From contig OZ024747.1 of NCBI GenBank assembly GCA_964016885.1, positions 2,418,001 to 2,482,000 of the forward strand: a stretch of DNA of 64,000 nt, written 5' to 3'. The stretch is from Eledone cirrhosa. Its lineage: Eukaryota. The notes under the pieces are model-generated. The model was not told where the DNA came from. It saw only the letters and a program-made list of their open reading frames with translations, and did no database searches. A program made the translations under genes and the position numbers. The first letter of the stretch is position 1. Each line of letters opens with the position of its first letter. This document shows positions 1-13,439 of this stretch, piece by piece.

Positions 1-615
1 TATTCTTATCACTTCTTCCTGCTGTTATTCTTATTAACTCCCTTAATACCACCACTACTACTACTACTACTCCTACTACTACTAATACTACAACCACCAC
101 CACCACCACCACTACTACTACTACTACCACTACCACTACTACTACTACTACTAATAATAATAATACTACTACAACCACCACCACCACTAGCACTACTACA
201 ACCACCACCACCACCACCACCACTACTACAACCACCACCACTACTACTACTACTACTACAACCACCACCGCTACTACTACTACAACCACCACCACCACCA
301 CCACCACTAATACTACTACTACAACCACCACCACCACCACTACTACTACTACTACAACAGCCACCACCACCACCACCACCACTACTACAACCGCCACCAC
401 CACCACTACTATTGCTACTACCACCACCACCACCACCACCACTACTACTACTACTACAACCACCACCACCACCACTACTACTACAACCACTACTACTACA
501 ACTACTACAACCACCACCACTACTACTACTACTACAACCACCACCACCACTACTGCTACAACCACCACCACTACTACTACTACTACAACCACCACCACCA
601 CTACTACTACTATTG

Positions 616-651
<36 letters not shown>

Positions 652-689
652 TAACCACCACCACTACTACTACTACTACTATAACCACC

Positions 690-723
<34 letters not shown>

Positions 724-725
724 TA

Positions 726-756
<31 letters not shown>

Positions 757-758
757 TA

Positions 759-805
<47 letters not shown>

Positions 806-842
806 AACCACCACCACCACCACTACTACTACTACAACCACC

Positions 843-874
<32 letters not shown>

Positions 875-963
875 AACCACCACCACCACTACTACTACTA
901 CAACCACCACCACCACTACTACTGCTACTACCACCACCACCACCACCACTACTACTACTATTG

Positions 964-999
<36 letters not shown>

Positions 1000-1065
1000 T
1001 AACCACCACCACTACTACTACTACTACTATAACCACCACCACCACCACTACTACTACTACTACTG

Positions 1066-1149
<84 letters not shown>

Positions 1150-2095
1150 TAACCACCACCACCACTACTACTACTACTACTATAATCACCACCACCACCA
1201 CTACTACTACTATAATCACCACCACCACTACTACTACTACAACCACCACCACCACCACCACCACTACTACTACTACTACAACCACCACCACCACCACCAC
1301 TACTACTACTACTACTACAACCACCACCACCACTACTACAACCACCACCACCACCACCACTACTACAACCACCACTACCACCACTACTACTACTACTACT
1401 ACAACCACCACCACCACCACTACTACTACTACAACCACCACCACCACCACCACCACTACTACTACTACAACCACCACCACCACCACTACTACTACTACTA
1501 CTACAACCACCACCACCACCACTACTACTACAACCACCACCACCACCACCACCACTACTACTACTACAAACACCACCACCACCACCACTACAACCACCAT
1601 CACCACCACCACCACCACTACAACCACCACCACCACCACCACCACTACTACTACAACAACCACCACCACCACCACTACTACTACAACCACCACCACCACC
1701 ACCACCGCTACTACTACCACTACTACTACAACCACCACCACCACCACCACCACTACAACCACCACCACCACCACCACTACTACTACAACCACCACCACCA
1801 CCACCACCACTACTACTACTACAACCACCACCACCACTACCACTACTACTACAACCACCACCACCACCACCACCACTACTACTACTACAACCACCACCAT
1901 CACCACTACTACTACAACCACCACCACCACCACCACCGCTACTACTACCACTACTACTACAACCACCACCACCACTACAACCACCACCACCACCACCACT
2001 ACTACTACAACCACCACCACCACCACCACCACTACTACTACTACAACCACCACCACCACTACCACTACTACTACAACCACCACCTCACCACCACC

Positions 2096-2127
<32 letters not shown>

Positions 2128-2302
2128 AACCACCACTACCACCACCACTACTACTACAACCACCACCACCACCACCACCACTACTACTACTACAACCACC
2201 ACCACCACCACTACTACTACTACTACTACAACCACCACCACCACCACCACTACTACTACTACTACTACAACAACCACCACCACCACCACCACCACTACTA
2301 CT
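1..2302. repeat. Compound (CCA/CTA/CAA)n trinucleotide microsatellite
   Basis: About 2.3 kb of interleaved cca/cta/caa triplets; the overlapping poly-P/L/V ORFs are artefacts. Confidence 0.98.
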
Positions 2303-2359
2303 CTTGCTGATAATGTCAACCACAAAACTGACAACAGTTATGAATCGTTCTAATGGTCA

Positions 2360-2486
2360 TAATAATGATGATGATGATGATGGTGATGGTGATGATGATG
2401 ATGTTGATGGTGATGATGATGATGATGGTGATGGTGATGGTGATGGTGATGATGATGATGGTGATGGTGATGGTGATGGTGATGAT
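2360..2486. repeat. (GAT/GGT)n microsatellite
   Basis: Direct reading of the sequence. Confidence 0.95.
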
Positions 2487-2552
2487 ATTTCTGTTATTCC
2501 CAACAAGAATTATTTAACAAAAGTTATATTCTTGGAAAAAAGTTTCAAACTA

Positions 2553-2720
2553 ACAATGGTTTCTGATTTAGGCACAAGGCCAACAATTTGTTTGGAGACG
2601 GAAAGTTGATTAAATCAACCCAGTACATTACTGGTACTTTATTTTATTGACCCCCGTAAAGATGAAAGACAAAGCTAACCTCGGCAGGATTTGTACTCAG
2701 ATCGTAAAGGGACATAACTG
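2553..2720 (-). mobile_element. tRNA-derived SINE family 1, partial copy
   Basis: Reverse complement of the family seen in full at 56360-56545 (gcctttcatccttacggggtcgataaaataaagtaccag ... ggccttgtgcc). Confidence 0.85.
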
Positions 2721-2811
2721 TTGGTCAATCAATGATAAAAATTGATTGCCAGCTGAATTATTTATAGAAATATAAAAATATACTGAAGTGAAACCCAAAC
2801 AGTGAGTGTGT

Positions 2812-3990
2812 TTTAAAATAATCATGAACATATTGTGTACAGTGCTCAGGTGCACTACAACTCATCAAAAAGTGTATGTATAGTACATAGGGTAATGTAC
2901 AAACGTCAGGAAAATGAACAGTGCATGAGTCATGATATACACATGTGTGCATGTGTATGGAAGGGGGACATCAGGTGTAGTTTTGGCAAATTTCGGGAAG
3001 CATGAGTGTTTTAAAGGATGCAGTGTCTCGGCAGCTAACAACTGATGCAGGTAGTTTGTTCCATGCTTCAGCAACTCTGAGCATGAAAAAATGTTTCCGA
3101 AAGTCATGGGAGTTGTGCTGTTTTCTGACATTGTAGGCATGTCCATGTGTGTTAGACACATGGAGATCAAAAAGGTGCTCAGGGTTGTTGTTGGCGAGAT
3201 GGTTAATAACTTTGTGGGTGTTTACCAAGTCCATTGCCAGACGTAGGAGCTTCAATGAATACATGCCCAGGGAAGCAAGGCGTTCAGAGTATGGTAGGTG
3301 TCTGATGGAGGGTATGCGCTTGGTTGCACGTCTCTGAACAGTTTCCAGGAGGTCAATGTTCTGAGCAAGATAGGGGTTCGAGACTGATGATGCGAATTCC
3401 AAGTGTGGTCATACCATAGCTGTATACAGCTTTAAATAGATGGCTGGAGAGCGGCTAACAAAGGTCTTGCTGAGTGATGCCAAGACACCCTCGGCCTTCT
3501 TGACAATTTTAGAGATGTGCTTTGTCCAACGCAAATTGCTGCTGACAGTAATGCCCAGGTCACGTTCACAAGAGGACTTCTTGATATCAGTGTTGTGGAG
3601 GGAGTATGTGGACGCTGGATTTTTCCTCCCAAAATGCATGGTGGTACACTTGTCCACAGCCAGCTTCAGTTGCCATTCTGTGATCCATTGCTGCATTGTG
3701 TCCAGGTCTGATTGTAGGAAAGAGTTGTAGATTTCAGGATCTGTCCTTTTGATTTCAAGGTACAGCTTGATGTCATCTGCATATTTCAGTACCGTGGTAT
3801 TCTGTAAGTTGGCATCTATGTCATTAATGTATGCAACAAACAAAAGGGGACCAAGAACAGATTCCTGTGGTACACCAGATCACATCTCATATGGTGAAGA
3901 ATGCTGTCCTAGAACCGTGACTACCACTTTTCGGCTGAGAATGAAGGATTTCAACCAGTTAAAAAGATCATCCTTCACACCCATTGCAGA
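2812..3990 (-). mobile_element. CR1-clade LINE, 5'-truncated and frameshifted (RT C-terminal half plus 3' UTR)
   Basis: Minus-strand peptides GVPQESVLGPLLFVAYINDI, YADDIKL, LQSDLD..W, ERDLGITV, LETVQRRATKRIP and RKHFF..RV..AWNKLP are typical CR1 ORF2 motifs. Confidence 0.93.
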
Positions 3991-4009
3991 TGTTATTTTG
4001 TAAACCACA

Positions 4010-4047
<38 letters not shown>

Positions 4048-4281
4048 GCATGTATCAATTTATATATCTGTATATATAAATATATATATATGTGTCTGTG
4101 TGCATACATAAAATATATATATATCTGTGAATATATATATATATATATCTGTGAATATATATATATATATATATCTGTGAATATATATATATATATATAT
4201 CTGTGAATATATATATATGGATTTTAACAAACAATGTAATATATGGATGGAAACAGTTTGTCTCTGTATAAAATATCTTCA

Positions 4282-4334
4282 CAGACAGCTGGACTAGTTT
4301 GATCTTGTGTTGAGATTTCATCAGTAATTGACCA
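4282..4334 (-). ncRNA. Degenerate type I hammerhead ribozyme relic
   Basis: Minus strand CTGATGA-A-ATCT-caacaca-AGAT-C-AAAC-TA-GTC. The G of GAAA is missing, helix III is the palindrome ACTAGT, and helix I is decayed. Confidence 0.45.
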
Positions 4335-4605
4335 GGCTCATTAATTGTCTACAGAGACACTGTTTATAAGCTAACTATTATTAAGGGCTTAAGTAAAAGG
4401 GATGTATGCAATACAGTTTTGATAATTGAACTAGCTACAAAGGATGTGTCATAGCATACAAATTATTCTATTTGATTGAAAATCTCTGCATATATATGTG
4501 TGAGTATATCATCATCATCATCAACGTAGAGACAATTTACCAGGATGAAGACGATGATGCTGTTCATTTATACACACACACACACACACACATGTATATG
4601 TATAT

Positions 4606-4639
<34 letters not shown>

Positions 4640-4643
4640 ATAT

Positions 4644-4677
<34 letters not shown>

Positions 4678-4856
4678 ATTGTTTCTATTTTTGGCACAAG
4701 GCCAGCAATTATCACAGTGTATTACTGGTACTTTATTTTATCGACCCCGTAAGGCTGAAAGGCAAAGTTAACCTTGGCGGGATTTGAACTCAGAATGGCA
4801 AGGGCCGTAACTCTATGCGTCAAAGCATGGCGTCCAACCCTCTACCGATACTGCCA
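4678..4856 (-). mobile_element. SINE family 1, near full-length
   Basis: Tail, core, B box (gagttcaaatcc) and A-box head are present on the minus strand. Confidence 0.88.
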
Positions 4857-4859
4857 TAT

Positions 4860-4951
4860 AATGTCTGCGGTGTTGAGATCAGGGGAGTATTCTATGGGAA
4901 AAACTGAGTAGAGAAAGGTAAACCCCGACTGTGGTTTCGGCTTGTATTCAG
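4860..4951 (-). mobile_element. Short element starting with the 3' half of a hammerhead ribozyme
   Basis: Minus strand ...aagcc-GAAAC-CACA-GTC-GGGG..., abutting a (TA)n run; the 5' half is absent. Confidence 0.4.
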
Positions 4952-4963
4952 ATATATATATAC

Positions 4964-5150
4964 CATCATCATCATCATTTAACGTCCATTTTTCCACGCT
5001 AGCAGGGGTAGGACAGGCTCTCATTTTGTGAGAGATCAGGTTGGAGGACCGAGTTTCACTCACAAAGAACTGATTTGGGATTGGTTTCTATGGCTGGATG
5101 CCCATCCTTACACTAATAATCACATTTACAGTGTGGACTGGGTGCTTTTT
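4964..5150 (-). mobile_element. SINE/RTE-type 3' tail ending in (GAT)n
   Basis: Matches the 'gggcatccagccatagaaacc ... ggacgttaaatgatgatg' tail shared with 21820-21965 and 57790-57900. Confidence 0.75.
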
Positions 5151-5192
5151 GTCGTGATACATAATTGTATGTATATATATATATACATAATC

Positions 5193-5427
5193 ATATCAAA
5201 TAATAATAATATTCAATTCATTTGCAAGCAAACAGCCTCATTAGTCTAAGGTTTTTTAGATGACCATCGCCCTCCTTTTTTTTCTAGGGGTGACACAGAG
5301 AAACAATCTTTTCCCTGTTTCTCTATGTCACCCCTACAACAAAAGGGAGGTGATGGTCATCTAATAACCAAACAGCCAATGAGGCTGTTTGCTTGCAAAT
5401 GAATCAATTATTATAATTATTTGATAT
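5193..5427. repeat. Long imperfect inverted repeat (about 110-bp arms, 10-nt loop at 5306-5315)
   Basis: Arms include tttgcaagcaaacagcctcatt / aatgaggctgtttgcttgcaaa and ggggtgacacagagaaaca / tgtttctctatgtcacccc. The right arm continues to 'atgttagagcgaaa', like the 18-kb element. Confidence 0.9.
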
Positions 5428-5772
5428 AAAACTCACAAATGTATTTACATATCTGCTATGTTAGAGCGAAAAACCTAATTCTAATTTTGTTTTTTTTATA
5501 TATACATACACACACATACACACACACATACACACACACATATACAAACATATCTGCATATATATTTTTGAGTATGTGTTTATAAATGTATATTTATTTA
5601 TTAGTCTTAGTGAAAACAGTGGAAGGAATACAATACTAAAGTTGATGTCTGATTCAAGAGAAGTTCTGTAACCTTACCATAATTATTGAGATATTTCAAA
5701 TATTTAGTCAGTCAAGACTAGAAGAGTTATGTACCTTGCATCTTGTCAGTCGTTGCAGGCTTGTTCTAGTTC

Positions 5773-7097
5773 CATGTGGGTGTGTTCTGTACATGTGGGT
5801 GTGTGTTCTGTACATGTGGGTGTGTTTTCTGTACATGTGTGTGTCTGTGTTCTGTACATGTGTGTCTGTGTGTTCTGTACATGTGGGTGTATTCTGTACA
5901 TGTGGGTGTGTGTTCTGTACATGTGGGTGTGTGTTCTGTACATGTGGGTGTGTTCTGTACATGTGGGTGTGTGTTCTGTACATCTGGGTGTATTCTGTAC
6001 ATGTGGGTGTGTGTTCTGTACATGTGGGTGTGTGTTCTGTACATGTGTGTGTCTGTGTTCTGTACATGTGTGTCTGTGTGTTCTGTACATGTGGGTGTGT
6101 GTTCTGTACATGTGGGTGTGTGTTCTGTACATGTGGGTGTGTTCTGTACATGTGGGTGTGTGTTCTGTACATGTGGGTGTATTCTGTACATGTGGGTATA
6201 TTCTGTACATGTGGGTGTGTGTTCTGTACATGTGTGTGTCTGTGTTCTGTACATGTGTGTCTGTGTGTTCTGTACATGTGGGTGTATTCTGTACATGTGG
6301 GTGTGTGTTCTGTACATGTGTGTGTCTGTGTTCTGTACATGTGTGTCTGTGTGTTCTGTACATGTGTCTGTGTGTTCTGTACATGTGTGTCTGTGTGTTC
6401 TGTACATGTGTGTCTGTGTGTTCTGTACATGTGTGTCTGTGTGTTCTGTACATGTGTGTCTGTGTGTTCTGTACATGTGGGTGTATTCTGTACATGTGGG
6501 TGTGTGTTCTGTACATGTGTCTGTGTGTTCTGTACATGTGGTGTGTGTTCTGTACATGTGTGTCTGTGTGTTCTGTACATGTGTGTCTGTGTGTTCTGTA
6601 CATGTGTGTCTGTGAGTTCTGTACATGTGTCTGTGTGTTCTGTACATGTGGGTGTGTGTTCTGTACATGTGTGTCTGTGTGTTCTGTACATGTGGGTGTC
6701 TGTGTTCTGTGCATGTGTGTCTGTGTGTTCTGTACATGTGTGTCTGTGTGTTCTGTACATGTGTCTGTGTGTTCTGTACATGTGGGTGTGTGTTCTGTAT
6801 ATGTGTGTCTGTGTGTTCTGTACATGTGTGTCTGTGTGTTCTGTACATGTGTCTGTGTGTTCTGTACATGTGGGTGTGTGTTCTGTACATGTGTGTCTGT
6901 GTGTTCTGTACATGTGTGTGTCTGTGTTCTGTACATGTGTGTCTGTGTGTTCTGTACATGTGTCTGTGTGTTCTGTACATCTGGGTGTGTGTTCTGTACA
7001 TGTGTGTGTCTGTGTTCTGTACATGTGTGTCTGTGTGTTCTGTACATGTGGGTGTGTTCTGTACATGTGTGTCTGTGTGTTCTGTACATGTGGGTGT
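5773..7097. repeat. Minisatellite, 19-25 bp units (ttctgtacatgtg[gg/tgtc]tgtgtg)
   Basis: Dozens of tandem units; it produces the stop-free ORFs of about 450 aa in several frames. Confidence 0.97.
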
Positions 7098-7686
7098 GAA
7101 TGACTGTATTGCTATAGACACACCCACACATTCTTTACAGTAGTTATGCTGGGTTCAGCTACTTTCAATCATATAGAACCCAAGAAGCAGAAAAATATAG
7201 AACCCAGTACTTCCACGAAGAAGAATATAGAACCCAGTATTTATTTCAGTCTGGTCCTTATTTTGTAAGGACCTGTAACTAATGATGGAGTCGTAAGGGT
7301 GCCAGGGTCATATTTTAAATCTGGTGGAGCCCATTATTCTCCAAATCTGAACACAGCCGATTTCCTCCAGAGAAGAAGTGAGGTGAGAAAGAGATATAGA
7401 GGAAGAATCAAGCCCAGTACTAGACTGCTACTACTTTTATCAACCTCAAAATTTTGAAAGGTAAAGTTGACCTTGGTGGAATTTAAATTCAGTGCCAAAT
7501 GCCAGAACAAAGACCGAAAAACATTCTATTTGAGGTTCTACCAAGTCAAATTGCTGTTATTTTATTGGTTGCTTTATAACAAATTACCAAGTTATCTTTT
7601 GATATAAAGGGAGGCAATTCGCTAGTTTATTTTCTGGTTCCTGAAGTGAAATGCCAGTCTTTGTGATAAAATCTTTGCTATGTTAA

Positions 7687-7907
7687 CCCTTTAGCATTTA
7701 CATTACTCTGTATATACTATTGTATTTCCGTGGTAAAGGCTTTACCTCACATAATTATTTCACATAATATGGAATCTATAAGATTTTGATGTTATTTATT
7801 TTGAGAACAATGCCTTAACTTCAGTATGAGTGGCAAGTTATGACTGGTTTGAACAGAAAAAGGTAAGAGAATTCTGGCCGGATATGGCCGGTTTAAATGC
7901 TAAAGGG
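7687..7907. mobile_element. piggyBac-type MITE
   Basis: TIRs CCCTTTAGCATTTA / TAAATGCTAAAGGG flanked on both sides by TTAA (7683-7686, 7908-7911). Confidence 0.85.
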
Positions 7908-8949
7908 TTAAGATGTCTAATACCAGCTTCTACTTCCATGTTGTTCTTACTAAGGGTTAGGGTTACTAAGGGTGGAATTATTAAATTGATTTCTTCATAT
8001 GTGCAACTATCAGTTACCCTGACTGAAAGTGTTTTTAGTAATTTATTTAAGTATTTGCTGTCTGTATGTTCTTGAATGAAGGCGCCTCCATGAGACTACA
8101 TGACCTGCTTGAAATAGCAACTAAAATGACCTTATCACACCTTACTATCTTCAAAGAAGTGAAAGCACTTTAGATATTGTAGTCTATGTTACACCTCAAA
8201 TTGCAATGTAATGCCTTAGAACCTTATGTGATTTAGGGTGGAGGTAAATTCCTTATCTGCAATATGCTGCAACATGTTCTCTGCCTCCAACCTAGATTCT
8301 TCAGCCATAAACCCTAGTACTGTAGCCTGTAATACAGAGGACAGGAAGATAAACAAATGCCGGGGCTTGTCCAGCTGCTGCTTCATTGCAGCAGTCAACA
8401 TCGAAACCTCAGAGGTCCTCAGACTCCATACAGCTGATCTACTCTGTAAAATCAGAATGACAGCAGCCTACCTGAGGAAGGAGCTTCACAAGGTGGAGTG
8501 GCTGGTGCAGTGTGTGTCACTGGCTATTGTCCACAGCAATGCATTTGCCATTTTGTTCGTGGTGCACAGCCAAAATATCATTCTAGGTGTAGAGTGTCAC
8601 CCTCTGCCCTTCCCCTTTTATTGCTCAACAAGCCTTGACTTTTCCCTCTATTTTGTTTTTATTAACTATTCCGTTCAATAAATTATTATTTTGTTAGTGG
8701 AGTTAAACTAATTAAGTCTACCTCCAAACAGTTATACAGTTATTGTGTCACCTTGTTTAACATTACCACCTGTTCCTTGAATGGTGTTAGAGGCACCAAC
8801 ACTATTAGAAGTATTCCAAGTATTCACTTAAGCCACTGAACAAAAATAACTGTTTCTTCTGATTCACACTAAAAACTATTTCACTTTTCTTTTCTTGCTA
8901 ATGACCTTAAGAAAGGCATGAACATCACAACTTCTCATATCATTAGTGT

Positions 8950-9120
8950 GTCAGACATGCTTCACAAATTTGTTCTGAGTTCAAATCTTGCCAAGGTCAA
9001 CTTTGCTCTTCACCCTTTTGAGGTCAATAAAATAAGGTACCAGTAACTCACTCGGGTTGATTTAATTGACTTTCTGCTTTCCCCTAAATTGTTGGCCATG
9101 TGCCTAAATCAGAAACTATT
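8950..9120 (+). mobile_element. SINE family 1
   Basis: ctgagttcaaatc B box, core and ggccatgtgcctaaatcagaaac tail. Confidence 0.8.
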
Positions 9121-10091
9121 ATCACATCCAGACATAATGATGTATTAATAGATAGGTCCAAAGAAGGTCAAGCAATACATCCTGTTTATTACATTGACCC
9201 AAGATAAATCAAGTATTGTATTGATTCCGATGTACAGCAGTGTGGCCACCATTATTTCACTTAATACACTAAATCAGTAATTTGGTGGAGAGAAAAAAAC
9301 ATTTCTTTCCTTTTTGTTTGGGAAAACAAATTAATTAAATTGAAAACACACAGACATTAAACACAGAGACATACACACATAGACACATAAATACATAGAC
9401 ACATACACACATAGACACATAAACACATACATACACATGCACACACAAACGTAAACATACACACACACAAATGTAAACATACATATACATACACAAACAA
9501 ACATACACTCACACACAAGCACTTAAACACACACACAAACACAGAGAAACACAGACAAACAGACAGACACAGAGATTGGGTAAATGAAAGAGAGAGATGA
9601 TACATTAATGTACTTAGTACATTTAAAAAATAACTGATTTTAATAAATATCTCAATATGTGTGTATTGGATGTATATGTAAACAGATAGATATATCTATA
9701 TGTTTATACTCACACACAGCACACACAATCATCATTATTGTATAATGTCCATTTTCCATGGTTTCATGGGTTAGATAGGTTGTCATGTCAGGAGACAGGT
9801 CCAGAGGCCATATCTTACCATACAGATCTGTGTTTGGCTTCGTTTCTAGGGCTCGATGTCTTTCCTAATACCAACTACTTTGTGGACTGTAAGCATATAT
9901 ACATATACACACACATATACACATATATATATAAACACACATATATATATATATACACACACACATATATGCACACACATACACACATACACACACATAT
10001 ACACACACATATACACATATACATACACACACATATACACACATATACACACACATACACATACACATATGTATATATGTGTATATGTGTG

Positions 10092-10167
<76 letters not shown>

Positions 10168-11874
10168 TCCTGGTAAATCCATTTTTTTCTCCCTTTTCCA
10201 ATCTTCTCTTTCATTGACTTTACCCTTTCCTTGTGAAGGACTCAATATGTTGAAACTTTCCTTTTCTAACCAGCCTGAAACTAAGAAGACTGAGTAATTC
10301 TTTTGCCTGCTTGGCTTTGTTTGAAAAGCGAACGTAAAATGATGATGATGATGATATATACATACATACACACCCTTGTGTGTGTATGTATGTATAAATA
10401 TATACATGCTCCACCCTTCCAAGCAGGGAAAAGCGGACGTAAAATGATGATGATCATCATTTTACGTCCACTTTTCCCTGCTTGCAAGGGTGGGATGGGT
10501 CCTATTTAGCACAGCATCTCTCCACTTGTCACATACACACACACACGACAGGTATAAGCTTGGTCAGCCGACCAGCTACTGCCCACAACAGGACAACCCG
10601 TCTAACCCATGCTAGCGTGGAAGAACGGACGTAAAACGGTGATGATGATGATGATATATGTGTTGTAAAAGATGACAGTCAAATATATCGGTATTCAAAA
10701 CTTCTTGAGGTATGCAAACATTTTGGCCACAACAAGATGAATCGTTTTGAACATAGCAAAAACTCTGAGAAGCAACAGAGTGAATAATCAACCTTTTCTA
10801 AATATATATATATACACACATGCATATACATATAAATACATACATACACACATATATATACATATATGTGTGTGTGCGTTTATGTACACATATATATCAA
10901 TGTATGCTCAAGACACTCACAAATACTCATATACACATAGATACATTTCTATGCACTACTACATTCTAGAGACTGGGAGATGTGGATGTTATCTCCTCGA
11001 AATGGCTGGAAGGGAGATAATCTTCTTATTGACAAAAGAGATTTAGCTTGGGTTTTCAGTATAGTGAATAACATAGTAGACTGTAACCAGTGTAAGATCA
11101 ACTCTGCATTGGTGCATGTCAGTTTGTATAAAATAATCAAGTGATGAATGTTGAGTGAATCCCATCAGTTGAATTGACATCAATCCTCTTATATACTACT
11201 ATATCGTTAGAGAGGTTTTAATTCTGCCTATTCAATTAATGTCAATGGAACTTTTATCAAATTATATATACATAAATAATATTACATATATATACATAAA
11301 TAATATTACATATATATATACATAAATAATATTACATATATATATACATAAATAATATTACATATATATATACATAAATAATATTACAAATTGCTCACAA
11401 TTCTTTAAGAATAACATTACAAATATAATGTTGTGATGAACATCATCATACGTCCACTTTTCCCTGCAAGGGTGGGATGGGTCCTATTCAGCACAGCATC
11501 TCTCCACTTGTCACGATCCTTCGTCATGTCCTCCGTGAGCTTCAGCGATCTGAGGTCTCATCTCACCAAACATATATAACAAATACAACCAACCATCACT
11601 AGGAACCTCACAAAAACAACACCGAGAGTGACCAGAGTGAGAGAAAGATAAAAAGAAAAAAAGGGGGAAGCAAAAACAAAAAACGACCCTCAATTCACCC
11701 CCCAAGTGCGACAATCGGCCACACATCGTAAGGTCAATGGAACACTTTAAGGCAAGATAACATGCTTGCAACATTATAGTGGGTGATGGCGAGGCTAAGG
11801 CACTGAAATAACCAGGCACCCCCATCTACATCACCTCACACCTCAGGTTTAAATTGTGTTTGGAAATGTGATAT

Positions 11875-12250
11875 CATCATCATCATCATCATCATCGTTT
11901 AACGTCCATGTTCCACGCTTGCATGGGTTTGGACGGGAGTTTTCCCACTTGAGGCAAGAGTGGTTGTCTTGCTCGCATAGGACTGTCTGGCGGGTTTTCT
12001 ACAGCTGGATGCCCTTCCTAACACCAACCACATTTACAGTGTGGGGCTGGGAGGTTTTTACCGTGTTGCCTACACGGCCACATTACAGAGTGGACTGTGT
12101 GTTTTTTTTGTCGTGACACCTACACGATCTCATTTGTTTCGGCCTGGATGTTGTGGCACCAACATAACTTTACATTGAAAGGGGCGGTGTGGATGGGGTG
12201 GGGTGGTGGGATGGGGGTGATTTTGTTAGAGGTGCCTACTGACTGTAGTA
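11875..12250 (-). mobile_element. RTE-associated 3' UTR/tail copy
   Basis: Reverse-complement match to 21612-21965, which follows the RTE ORF; ends in (GAT)n. Confidence 0.85.
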
Positions 12251-12345
12251 GGTTTTACTTTGTATTTAGGTAAGGCGGGTCTTCTCTATTACAAGCAAGA
12301 CAACCAGATGCATCACTGATCTTTCGTTTTATGTATATATATATG

Positions 12346-12414
<69 letters not shown>

Positions 12415-12676
12415 TAAACCAAAAGATATATGCATATATCTATATATCATAAGAGAAACGCACAGTATTTTGTAAATATATATAAAGCATGTGTTCGAGA
12501 AACAGTATATAGTTTAAGGTGGAAAAGTTATAACTTTTCCACCTTAAATGATATATGGCTATATGTATATATCATTTGGTTTGAATTATTAATGCTCTTG
12601 ACAAATGTCCATTGAGCTTTTCTGCTGAGAAACATATTCATCATATGTAATATATGTTATGATACTTTAAATCAGT

Positions 12677-12736
<60 letters not shown>

Positions 12737-12741
<5 letters not shown>

Positions 12742-12874
12742 AACCAGTAAGACCCCGACGGCTTGAGCTCAGCCGTCGGGGTCTTACTGGTTCCTATTTC
12801 CCACTCTACTACCCTAAGTACTGAGTACTTTGGTGCGTTATGGTCCACCTGGTTCCTTACCACACTTCCTTCAT

Positions 12875-12875
<1 letters not shown>
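12737..12875 (+). mobile_element. Fold-back element: perfect 27-bp-arm palindrome plus tail, inserted in (TA)n
   Basis: ataggaaccagtaagaccccgacggct-tgagctc-agccgtcggggtcttactggttcctat. The tail matches the reverse complement of 42411-42447. Confidence 0.85.
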
Positions 12876-12912
<37 letters not shown>

Positions 12913-12946
12913 CATATATATATATACATATATATATATTTATATG

Positions 12947-13130
12947 TAGGGTTAGTTCCACAACAAATTAACAAACCATGAGGACACGTGTTTCACTGAA
13001 CAGTTTGGTGAAACATGTCTCCTTGAGTATGGTTTGCTAATTTGTTGTGGCACTAACCCTATACCAAGCTTGTCCTTTGTACTGAGCGTTCTACCAACTA
13101 CGGATATAACCTTCCTGTTTCATACCACTA
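12947..13130 (+). mobile_element. Fold-back element with hammerhead 3' halves in both arms, in (TA)n
   Basis: Inverted repeat 12947-13061 centred at 13001-13003; the arms carry GAAACACGTGTC (minus) and GAAACATGTC (plus). Confidence 0.7.
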
Positions 13131-13187
13131 TATATATATATATATATATATATACACCAGTACGGATATTACCTTCCAGTGTTCTAC

Positions 13188-13223
<36 letters not shown>

Positions 13224-13439
13224 GTATATATAATTTGAAAGATTTGGTTGCTATATCTATAGAGTGTAAATCCTAGCATTTGGACAATTTTGACATTTAA
13301 TTGAAGAGTGTAACGTACAGCATTGTTTCTGCTAGGTTCAATGATTAAAAAGCAGGGGTGCACTGAGTGGGTTATTTTACATTCATAGAAAATCAATGAA
13401 TTTATCTTCCTTTGTAATTTGAAGATCATGATTTCAATT

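Noticed and set aside
5708-7143. Several 450-aa ORFs on both strands
   Set aside because: Translations of a stop-free minisatellite, open in nearly all frames.
8216-8681. Overlapping 61-aa and 147-aa ORFs in GC-richer DNA
   Set aside because: No recognisable domain or splice structure; probably an old TE fragment that I cannot assign.
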